Shown piece by piece: positions 8,478 through 15,854 of a stretch of 25,546 bases of DNA. The position numbers and the translations under genes are program-made. The notes under the pieces are model-generated. The model was given only the letters and a program-made list of their open reading frames with translations, made no database searches and was not told the DNA's origin. How positions within the stretch are numbered: the stretch's first letter is position 1; every line of letters starts with the position of its first letter. This DNA comes from a virus: the IMG/VR virus record IMGVR_UViG_3300010392_004285; one strand, given 5' to 3'.

Positions 8478-9274
8478 AAAATGTTTTAGTGACAGGCGCA
8501 AGTGGTTATATTGGACAAAATATGATAAGGCACTTGGAGACAAAAGGATGTAGATCGTTTCCTTATGATGTAAAAATGAGGGAATGGGATAGATCAGATA
8601 TAAATGATTTTAAAAAATATGATGGAGTTGTTCACCTAGCTGCTCTATCGGGTATAGTGGCGTGTCAAAATGATATTGACACAGCAATAATGGATAACAT
8701 AATAATATCAACTAAGATATTAGAGAAATCATTAGAGGCTAAAATACCCATAGTATTTACTTCTAGTCAATCAGCAAAGAATCCAACTAGTAGTATATAT
8801 GCTACAATGAAAAGAACAGTTGAATTAATGGCAAGAGATGTGATGAATAGAGGTGGTGATGTAAAATTACTTCGCTTAGCTAATGTGTATGGTGGATTTG
8901 AGTATGTAAAGAAAAAACAAACAGTTATAAAACAGTTTTTGTTAAAGAGAGCTAAAGGTGAGATAATACTTATCCATGGCGATGGAAGACAAGAACGTGA
9001 CTTCATACACGTAGACGACGTGTGTGAATTTATCTGGTTATCTTTGACTCATAAGGATAAGATAATGGAACCTATTGATATTGGTACGGGTATTGGAACT
9101 AATATGCTTGACTTGGCCAGAATGTGTAGACACCAATCAGCTTTTACTGATCGCAGAGATGTTGGAGAAACAAGTGGTATAGCTGATGTAACCATGGCTA
9201 AAGAACTGTTTGACTATAAAGCACCGAATAGAATACAGTCATATCTTGATACGGACCCAAGTTTACTTTCTTAG
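8474..9274 (+). CDS. NAD(P)-dependent sugar epimerase/dehydratase/reductase (extended SDR)
   Basis: It has the Rossmann motif VLVTGASGYIGQNMIRHL and the catalytic YATMK (YxxxK). The start overlaps the upstream stop (ATGA). Confidence 0.7.
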   Translation: MKNVLVTGASGYIGQNMIRHLETKGCRSFPYDVKMREWDRSDINDFKKYDGVVHLAALSGIVACQNDIDTAIMDNIIISTKILEKSLEAKIPIVFTSSQSAKNPTSSIYATMKRTVELMARDVMNRGGDVKLLRLANVYGGFEYVKKKQTVIKQFLLKRAKGEIILIHGDGRQERDFIHVDDVCEFIWLSLTHKDKIMEPIDIGTGIGTNMLDLARMCRHQSAFTDRRDVGETSGIADVTMAKELFDYKAPNRIQSYLDTDPSLLS

Positions 9275-9315
9275 TTGAATAGGATATAATAGAAGAAAAA
9301 GTTGGAGGAAATGAA

Positions 9316-9771
9316 ATGTTTGAAGACATTGTAAAATTAAAGTTCGAAGGTGTCGATCTTGGAAATAGAGAGATTGAACCAGAAATCCGAGCACAGTTAA
9401 GAAAAGGTCTTGACTATGGTATAGGTATGATAGAGGATGCAGAAGGTGAAAACCTTGATGTTGAATTGAAAGAATTAATTAATAGATTTTTCGATCAGAG
9501 CATGGATGAAATAGCCCAAATGTATTTGGATGCTTTTACTGCTGATGAGCTGATTACTATGCTGGATTTTGAACTGACACCTTTGGCAAAAAAGAAGTTG
9601 GAAGTTTCATTTAAACTTCAAAAGTTTATGGCAGATGGTCTTGCTAAGTTTATGATGGATGAAATGAAAGCAGAGGAAGACCCACAAGAAGATTTTGTTG
9701 ACGCTTTGAAAAGGTTTGATTGGGATAGTCAAGAAGGTTTAGATAATGTAGTATGGGATTCAAAGGAGTAA
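9316..9771 (+). CDS. Hypothetical acidic protein
   Basis: It has a GGAGG RBS 7 nt upstream. It is 151 aa and strongly acidic. I recognised no family. Confidence 0.5.
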   Translation: MFEDIVKLKFEGVDLGNREIEPEIRAQLRKGLDYGIGMIEDAEGENLDVELKELINRFFDQSMDEIAQMYLDAFTADELITMLDFELTPLAKKKLEVSFKLQKFMADGLAKFMMDEMKAEEDPQEDFVDALKRFDWDSQEGLDNVVWDSKE

Positions 9772-9776
9772 AAATA

Positions 9777-10049
9777 ATGGGTTTATTTGGTGACATATTC
9801 GAAGATGATGATTTTGAAATATCAAGTGAAGAAGAAGAAATTGAACTTGAACTAGAAGAAGATATAGATGATTGGGGTACGCCAAAGAAAAGCAGAGGCG
9901 CTACCTGGGACACCGGTAATAAACCGGATATCTGGAACGCTGATGAGCCATGGACATGCGACGACGACTGTGATCCGAAATGTGTTGGTGGTGATTGTGG
10001 TCCTGATACCGCTAAGAAAAGCTTCGATGTGGATGACTTCTTTAGCTAA
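9777..10049 (+). CDS. Hypothetical very acidic protein with a Cys/Asp-rich C-terminus
   Basis: The ORF track begins at 9753 inside the upstream gene. The ATG at 9777 has an AGGAG RBS 8 nt upstream, just after the upstream stop, so I call 9777. The C-terminus reads WTCDDDCDPKCVGGDCGPD. Confidence 0.45.
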   Translation: MGLFGDIFEDDDFEISSEEEEIELELEEDIDDWGTPKKSRGATWDTGNKPDIWNADEPWTCDDDCDPKCVGGDCGPDTAKKSFDVDDFFS

Positions 10050-10726
10050 TCACTAACAAAAGGTTTTATAAAGTCGTCATAAACTCTTTGGTGTTTTATC
10101 CAATAATCTTGTTGACCACCCGCAGACACATCGCCCGGTTCTGATATAGCTATGAATCGGGCGGTTGGTACGTTTAGGCCATGGTATCCATAAGATGCGC
10201 ATTTCAATAGAAAAGCCCAGTCAAGAAGTCGTTTATACTTGTTATCAGTAACTAAACCTACTTTATCAATTACACTCATTTTAAACATTGAGTTTGAACT
10301 AATGTAATTGCCTTGTGTCAAACGACTTAAATCCCAAGGATCAGCCGGGAACTTCCTATTTACAGCTCCTTTAAATTCAAACCCCGCATATGCAAATCCA
10401 ATATTATCTTCCGAATCCTTTAAAGCTTTATACAATCTATCCAACATATTCCTACCGAGTACTATATCCCTGTCTATCATTATGTAGTACTTAGGAAGGT
10501 CTGGGATATTTTTCTTTGCCCATTTTATACCTTCTAAAGCGTTGGTTGGTATATTATGATCGCCTTCGCTGGATATCCAAAAGTACTTCAGAGTATTTCT
10601 CTTAATTGTCTTTTTTGTATCCTTGCTTACCCAATCTCCTGATTTTAATGGTGTCACAACTAACAAATCAGGAAACTTTGTTGCTCTTATTACTTCGATT
10701 TTATTCCTAGTCTTTCTATTCGCCAT
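10046..10726 (-). CDS. Hypothetical protein, possibly GT-A-like glycosyltransferase (DxD-type)
   Basis: It is 226 aa with YYIMIDRDIV (a candidate DxD) in a layout reminiscent of small GT-A capsule/LPS transferases. The assignment is weak. It overlaps the + strand gene convergently by 4 nt. Confidence 0.3.
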   Translation of the reverse strand: MANRKTRNKIEVIRATKFPDLLVVTPLKSGDWVSKDTKKTIKRNTLKYFWISSEGDHNIPTNALEGIKWAKKNIPDLPKYYIMIDRDIVLGRNMLDRLYKALKDSEDNIGFAYAGFEFKGAVNRKFPADPWDLSRLTQGNYISSNSMFKMSVIDKVGLVTDNKYKRLLDWAFLLKCASYGYHGLNVPTARFIAISEPGDVSAGGQQDYWIKHQRVYDDFIKPFVSD

Positions 10727-11037
10727 TCATCCTCATTATCATCACATTCTTTAAAGTCTTTTCTTCTATTTCTAATTTCTTTAAACCATTTACCAAATTG
10801 TCTTAACTTTCTGAATAACCATTTGTCTTTAATTTTACTCCACACGTTTTTCTCCTCCCAAATAGCTCCACAAATCGCTATTATGAAAGCGATGGGTCCT
10901 AATAAGCATATGAATCCCAAGAATAATTTCCATACCCAGTGTTCGCCATCATACTCATCATTCTCTAATTGGTAAAAAACCATTATAGTACTGCAAATGA
11001 CCCACACATGTGTTATTATCCAGAACCACCACGGCAT
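10690..11037 (-). CDS. Small membrane protein with two predicted TM helices
   Basis: The hydrophobic segments are FWIITHVWVICSTIMVF and LFLGFICLLGPIAFIIAICGAIW, and the C-terminus is basic. It overlaps the downstream gene by 37 nt. Confidence 0.45.
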   Translation of the reverse strand: MPWWFWIITHVWVICSTIMVFYQLENDEYDGEHWVWKLFLGFICLLGPIAFIIAICGAIWEEKNVWSKIKDKWLFRKLRQFGKWFKEIRNRRKDFKECDDNEDEWRIERLGIKSK

Positions 11038-11051
11038 TATTCATATCCTTT

Positions 11052-11348
11052 CTATAGTCTTTCAGCTAGTCGTTTGATAGAAGCTTCGAAGTCAGTCTTC
11101 ATCGCTTCTCGTTCTTCATCAAGAGTTTCGAAAAACTTTGTTACACCAAGTCTTTTCGTATCTTCTTGCATCTCAGCCATCATTCTATATTCACTCAAAA
11201 AGAAAACAGCAGATATTACATTCAAATCTTGATAAACTTCTTCCGCATCGCTTACATTTACATCTTTAAATGTTATCGACACAGATGGTGTTATACTTGA
11301 ATAATTTTGCGTATTTATCGTTGCTTTTTTACTTACAGTTATATCCAT
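11052..11348 (-). CDS. Hypothetical protein
   Basis: It is a 98-aa ORF with an ATG start, packed tightly against its neighbours. Confidence 0.45.
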   Translation of the reverse strand: MDITVSKKATINTQNYSSITPSVSITFKDVNVSDAEEVYQDLNVISAVFFLSEYRMMAEMQEDTKRLGVTKFFETLDEEREAMKTDFEASIKRLAERL

Positions 11349-11354
11349 TACAAT

Positions 11355-12221
11355 TTACCTCATTAAACAATTTTTTATTACTTCTACTACATTTTCTATC
11401 AAAAACTCTGGGTATAATGTCTTAACATTATGATATATATCATCTATTAAACACCACTTTATCTTCGCATGTTGTCTAACGATCCAATCAACATCCTCTA
11501 AATTATCCACAGTTAACTTATGAAACATATTACCATACCATTTATGTTCTAGTGGTAACAACGGCACGCATCCATCTTCCATTATATAAAATGTCCATGG
11601 ATTTAAGTACCCTATTTCATAATTCTTTTTGCTGTCAATAAGTACTGTGAAGTCAACTTCTGCCCAGTCAATCATGGCTTGATTTACCATATTGTCACGT
11701 TCATATTGTTGATACTTTACTTTATCTAATTTTTCAGCCTTATATAGAACCTTCTTATCAGGGAATAATTGTGCGTACTTCCTGTAGTACTTCTCAAACG
11801 ACTTCAACTTGTCTTCAAGATTTACAGTTGAATAAGCCAGAGCAAACGGCCTCTCCTCCTCTCTATCGAAATCAGTTTTGATTTCATCAAGCCAGTGAGG
11901 TAGATAGCCAAATTCTCTCCTGTTCTGTAAAGCAGGCTCAAAGAAAAATACCTTGAACTTTTTCAACCAGTCATATTCTCTTTTAGTCATTGCTAACTCA
12001 CCATCAAATATGACAACTGGTATCTTTGTTCTTATGTAATTCTCAATTATAGCCGCTTGCATGGCATACTCATCCGGCATTATTGATTGGTCAACCCAAT
12101 CAATAAATAACCCGTCAAGTTTAGGCATTCCTCTATCCATTAAATCATACACATTTATAACAGGCAAGGATTCCCTTAACTTGTTCACAATATTTTCTCT
12201 AAAGGATATTACTCCAATCAT
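11355..12221 (-). CDS. Hypothetical protein (288 aa)
   Basis: It is a long, uninterrupted ORF that overlaps the upstream gene by ATGA. I could not assign a family with confidence. Confidence 0.5.
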   Translation of the reverse strand: MIGVISFRENIVNKLRESLPVINVYDLMDRGMPKLDGLFIDWVDQSIMPDEYAMQAAIIENYIRTKIPVVIFDGELAMTKREYDWLKKFKVFFFEPALQNRREFGYLPHWLDEIKTDFDREEERPFALAYSTVNLEDKLKSFEKYYRKYAQLFPDKKVLYKAEKLDKVKYQQYERDNMVNQAMIDWAEVDFTVLIDSKKNYEIGYLNPWTFYIMEDGCVPLLPLEHKWYGNMFHKLTVDNLEDVDWIVRQHAKIKWCLIDDIYHNVKTLYPEFLIENVVEVIKNCLMR

Positions 12222-12541
12222 TTTTTAGTTATTGACCTTCCCCTTGTTTTAGGCTCTTCTTTTTTAACTTCTTTACCTTTTGCCTTACCTTTTGATTCTG
12301 CTGCTTGTTCCAGCAAATAAGTATCAATAATTTTTTGTCTTACTGGTACGGTAATGGCATCAAGTCTACTTCTTCTTTCGAATTGAATTGTTTTAAAAGT
12401 CTTACCTAAGAAAGTTCCAAGGTAAGCTAGTGCTTCCTCTTGGCTATATGCTGCAATACATGCAGACCATAATTTTTGCTCCCCATCTTCACTACTCCTA
12501 ATTTCATAATCAATTCTAAATACACTAATTCCGTCTGGCAT
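12218..12541 (-). CDS. Hypothetical protein with a Lys-rich basic C-terminal tail
   Basis: It is 107 aa and ends KGKAKGKEVKKEEPKTRGRSITKK. Confidence 0.5.
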   Translation of the reverse strand: MPDGISVFRIDYEIRSSEDGEQKLWSACIAAYSQEEALAYLGTFLGKTFKTIQFERRSRLDAITVPVRQKIIDTYLLEQAAESKGKAKGKEVKKEEPKTRGRSITKK

Positions 12542-12758
12542 CTCCTAAATCCTCCTCGAGTACATCGAATACCTCTGTATACTCTATATTTTTTCCTTTT
12601 GATTTAATCACTTTGAAATAGGTTATTTGTTGTCCTATTTCTTTTGTGTCCTTCTGACCTATCATAGCATGACCATTAAGAAAAAGATCATCTTTCTTTA
12701 ATTTAGCATTCACAAGGTCTTCTACTACCCTAAGTCTTAACCATTGATATTTAGTCAT
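12525..12758 (-). CDS. Hypothetical protein
   Basis: It is 77 aa and overlaps both neighbours in operon-like fashion. Confidence 0.45.
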   Translation of the reverse strand: MTKYQWLRLRVVEDLVNAKLKKDDLFLNGHAMIGQKDTKEIGQQITYFKVIKSKGKNIEYTEVFDVLEEDLGDARRN

Positions 12759-13059
12759 TTTGACTTTTTTCCTCCAAATCTTTTAAAATTCTATAAATTT
12801 CAGTCAATTCTGTTTCAAAATCGTCCTTGAAAGAGTAAAAGGAATCACCAATTAGACCTAATCTGAACTTACATTTTTTTGCTGCTTCATCTACTGAGTT
12901 ACTACCTACAATTCTTTCCTCAATGCACTGTTCACATCGTTCTGGTTCAAACCCTCTAGCATCATCTAAAACTGCAACTGACAGATTTTCATCATAATAA
13001 CCACATATAAACTTTCCACTTCCGAATTTCAGAAATTCACATTTCTCTAAACATCTCAA
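12751..13059 (-). CDS. Hypothetical Cys-containing protein, with an apparent TTG start
   Basis: There is no in-frame ATG. A TTG at 13059 sits 8 nt downstream of a GGAGG, so I take it as the start. It has scattered Cys residues (C..C...C..C pattern). Confidence 0.45.
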   Translation of the reverse strand: MRCLEKCEFLKFGSGKFICGYYDENLSVAVLDDARGFEPERCEQCIEERIVGSNSVDEAAKKCKFRLGLIGDSFYSFKDDFETELTEIYRILKDLEEKSQND

Positions 13060-13076
13060 CTACATCACCTCCTGGA

Positions 13077-13349
13077 CTACTCCTTATCCTTTTCGTCCTC
13101 TTTTATATACTTCCTTATTTTCATGGCTCGTTTCATTGTATCTACGGCCTTTTTACTCGGTTTCTTATTGATTGTTTGACCCTTTGGCATCAAGTTGACT
13201 CTTTTCTTCCTTGGTTTCTTTCTTCTTCTTGTTATATTTCCCTCTTTATCTATATCAACTTCATACTTATCAACTACTTCATTGGTCTCATAATCAGTAA
13301 CCGTTACTTTTCCTTTTCCTTTCTTCTTAGGATATATGTCTTCATACAT
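13077..13349 (-). CDS. Lys/Arg-rich highly basic small protein; possibly a DNA-binding or internal protein
   Basis: It is 90 aa with KKKGKGK...RRRKKPRKKR...KKPSKK. Confidence 0.5.
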   Translation of the reverse strand: MYEDIYPKKKGKGKVTVTDYETNEVVDKYEVDIDKEGNITRRRKKPRKKRVNLMPKGQTINKKPSKKAVDTMKRAMKIRKYIKEDEKDKE

Positions 13350-13515
13350 CGTCTGGCCATGCCTCCCCGAAATGCTTTATCTTCCATTCTGTTCTATGAA
13401 GTACTCTTGCAATATGTTCCAATTTCTGGTCAATTCCAGCAAGTGCTTCATCCTGCATTTCCATAACTGCATAAAACTCAATATTCAGTGCTTCATAATC
13501 AGTTGGTTCACGCAT
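13342..13515 (-). CDS. Small hypothetical protein (57 aa), not in the supplied ORF track
   Basis: I found it by hand. ATG at 13515..13513 follows AAAGGAAAAGAA. It translates to MREPTDYEALNIEFYAVMEMQDEALAGIDQKLEHIARVLHRTEWKIKHFGEAWPDDV. Its stop overlaps the start of the 13077..13349 gene (ATGTATGA), and it fills an otherwise unexplained 180-nt gap. Confidence 0.35.
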   Translation of the reverse strand: MREPTDYEALNIEFYAVMEMQDEALAGIDQKLEHIARVLHRTEWKIKHFGEAWPDDV

Positions 13516-13527
13516 TTCTTTTCCTTT

Positions 13528-13812
13528 CTATATCCAATCCATTTCATCCATTATTTTTGCTTTCTTTACCTGTGCTTTATTATATGACATTGTTTTTGGT
13601 TGTTCTTCTTCTGGGTCTACTCTTTCTATGTTAAGATATGATCCCTTTGCCAATATAAATTTTGGTAAATAATCACCTGTTGCTTTTTTATCACATTCAT
13701 CACAAAACCAATAATCACCATTATAAGTTGCTATTCGCATCACATCTGATTGAATAATTTTATATGGTTGTTGTCCACTTCCCGGTAAATATGTTATTTT
13801 CCACTGAGTCAT
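13528..13812 (-). CDS. Small protein with a CxxC zinc-ribbon-like motif
   Basis: It is 94 aa with FCDECDKK and overlaps the upstream uvsX by ATGA. Confidence 0.5.
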   Translation of the reverse strand: MTQWKITYLPGSGQQPYKIIQSDVMRIATYNGDYWFCDECDKKATGDYLPKFILAKGSYLNIERVDPEEEQPKTMSYNKAQVKKAKIMDEMDWI

Positions 13813-14936
13813 TTCTTTAAGCTCCTTTTCACAGTTTTTTTCTTCATTGTTGGCTTCGGCTTTGGTGGTTCTGGCTCAAATTTATCTGCCTCTTGTACCA
13901 ATGCCTCTGCTTCTTTTACTTCTTGGCTTACAGTTGAGTATCCAGTATTCTCCAACCACTTATCTATTTTCTCAACTAAGCCAGATATTTGTGGCAGCCA
14001 TTCTTGTGCTTTGATTTCACCTTGTACTTTATCAGCACCGTATGTATACCATCCACCTCCACCTCTTTTCATTATATCAGATTCTACGGCCAAATCCATT
14101 ATACCAGCCCACTTATTGATACCATTCTTGTAGTCAATATCAATTGTAGCCTGTTGGAATGGTGGATACATTCTATTCTTTAAGGTAGTTGCAGTGATTC
14201 TATTACCAATGACTGCACCACTTTTAACATTACCCTCTTTTAAGTACTCTTTCCTAAGAGATATTAGAATTGATGGGAATAACTTCATCGCCTTCCCACC
14301 ACCTATCTGGTCAGGCATTGGTACTGTTGAAGGTGAACCATAATAGTGACCACAAGCGATCGCTAATGAATTTTGCCCAATACAGACATTCAAGAGTAGT
14401 TTCAAAGTACTCCTAATTTCTTTCTGTAATAGACCTTGGTCTGCCTTCGGCTCACCACCTACAGCATCAGTGAATGACTTATATCTATCAAGACCACCAA
14501 CTGAGTCAACTCCAATGACATATCCTTGTTCACCTGATTCTCTTATCTGTGCAATGGCTATCTTAACTTCATGTATCCATGGTGTGTATATATACAGGAT
14601 ATTTTTTGGATCAAGTCCCCATCTTAGACAGAACTCATCAGTAATACCACCTTCAGTGTCTATTATGATTGGTTTATAACCAAGCTTTTGAGCATTAGCC
14701 ATACACAATACCATAAAACTTGACTTGAAACTATGCTCTGGTCCAACAATAGCCACTAAGTTTCTTGAAGGAATACCACCTCTTAAAGAACCTGATAAAA
14801 TTCTATTCAAGTCCAATGCCGGTGTGGATAACATAAATCTACCAGTTGCTATTTCTGAATCTGCTAAAACACTTACATGCGCACCTTTCACGTTCTTTTC
14901 TATACTTTTCTTTAAATTATCAAAAACTTCACTCAT
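13809..14936 (-). CDS. uvsX: UvsX-type RecA-like recombinase
   Basis: ILSGSLRGGIPSRNLVAIVGPEHSFKSSFMVL aligns to T4 UvsX ALSGEITGGMQSGLLILAGPSKSFKSNFGL, which is the Walker A region. It is 375 aa, typical for UvsX. Confidence 0.9.
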   Translation of the reverse strand: MSEVFDNLKKSIEKNVKGAHVSVLADSEIATGRFMLSTPALDLNRILSGSLRGGIPSRNLVAIVGPEHSFKSSFMVLCMANAQKLGYKPIIIDTEGGITDEFCLRWGLDPKNILYIYTPWIHEVKIAIAQIRESGEQGYVIGVDSVGGLDRYKSFTDAVGGEPKADQGLLQKEIRSTLKLLLNVCIGQNSLAIACGHYYGSPSTVPMPDQIGGGKAMKLFPSILISLRKEYLKEGNVKSGAVIGNRITATTLKNRMYPPFQQATIDIDYKNGINKWAGIMDLAVESDIMKRGGGGWYTYGADKVQGEIKAQEWLPQISGLVEKIDKWLENTGYSTVSQEVKEAEALVQEADKFEPEPPKPKPTMKKKTVKRSLKK

Positions 14937-15277
14937 TAAATGTACTCCCCGAGTCCTGAATGCGTTAAAACTGATTTATATTCTTGTATTTGTTCCATCC
15001 AGCCCTCTACTTCTTCATCAATATTTCGTATTTTTCTCTGATATCCCTGCCGTACTTTCATTTCTCTTAGCCAGTCTTTTCTATAACGAGCCGCTGATTC
15101 TTCTAACTCCCGTATTTTTCCAATGTAACCATCTAGTTCGTCGCTTATGAGAAATACTTTCTCTCCATAAGCAACCGACTCTATCCATTTGGTTGCACTG
15201 TAAGGACTATTGCCGCACATTTCCATTATTCTATCAAAGAATAACTCCTTTAATTTTGGATCAATTACCACAATCAT
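14936..15277 (-). CDS. Hypothetical protein
   Basis: It is 113 aa and overlaps the upstream gene by 1 nt. Confidence 0.5.
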   Translation of the reverse strand: MIVVIDPKLKELFFDRIMEMCGNSPYSATKWIESVAYGEKVFLISDELDGYIGKIRELEESAARYRKDWLREMKVRQGYQRKIRNIDEEVEGWMEQIQEYKSVLTHSGLGEYI

Positions 15278-15468
15278 TACTTCTCCTTTCTATAATGTTG
15301 CTCGTATAATTTTTTCAAACAATCAATACAAATTGATGTCCCATGAGCAGAATCATCATGTTCACAACACCATCCAATCATGGGATAATTAAACTCATCA
15401 CATAAATCACATGGTTCATCATATTTAGAAACTCTTTTCTCATTATATCCTACTCTATCTTCTATCAT
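15277..15468 (-). CDS. Small Cys-rich putative zinc-binding protein
   Basis: It is 63 aa with CDLCDEF...CCEHDD...CIDCLKK. Confidence 0.45.
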   Translation of the reverse strand: MIEDRVGYNEKRVSKYDEPCDLCDEFNYPMIGWCCEHDDSAHGTSICIDCLKKLYEQHYRKEK

Positions 15469-15470
15469 GT

Positions 15471-15854
15471 CTATATCCTTATAGTACCTACTATTGCCCC
15501 ATTACTTATTAATTGAGGACGAAGCTCTCTAGTAATTTCCCGCCTCACATTATATTCTACACTACTCGGGAATAAAAGTAAACTTATTGAAATTCCTCTT
15601 AATTCTATTTGACTTCTTTGTAGTCGTACAAACTTTACCCAACTTCTGTTCCTTAATAACATTGTCCAATAGTTTGATCTATCTACAATTACATCACCCA
15701 GACTATCCCTCAACTGACGCATTAAACCCGCCCGTTGAATATCATCCTGATACATTATTACTACATTTAAATCCGGTTCCTCTTTTAATAGGTCCGGCAC
15801 GCTTTTATTGTTGTCTAATTTCCAATTGTGAGTAACCATTTCTTTTCTCCACAT
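15471..15854 (-). CDS. Hypothetical protein
   Basis: It is 127 aa. Its start overlaps the 3' end of gp46 by 50 nt. Confidence 0.5.
   Translation of the reverse strand: MWRKEMVTHNWKLDNNKSVPDLLKEEPDLNVVIMYQDDIQRAGLMRQLRDSLGDVIVDRSNYWTMLLRNRSWVKFVRLQRSQIELRGISISLLLFPSSVEYNVRREITRELRPQLISNGAIVGTIRI

Noticed and set aside
8767-10056. ORFs 8767..9006(-), 9650..9913(-) and 9868..10056(+) overlapping the epimerase and acidic-protein genes
   Set aside because: They are embedded in better-supported genes, and 9650..9913 translates to poly-Ser low complexity from the antisense of an acidic repeat.
11355-12221. The 288-aa protein as a T4-type DNA beta-glucosyltransferase or dCMP hydroxymethylase
   Set aside because: I compared it mentally with T4 beta-gt and gp42 and saw no convincing shared motifs, so I left it as hypothetical.
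10969-15835. Plus-strand ORFs 10969..11232, 13176..13466, 13336..13587, 13989..14183, 14470..14679, 14725..15150, 15210..15392 and 15587..15835 in the minus-strand gene block
   Set aside because: All are antisense to uvsX or the small-gene run and lack an RBS. The true minus-strand genes tile the region without gaps.
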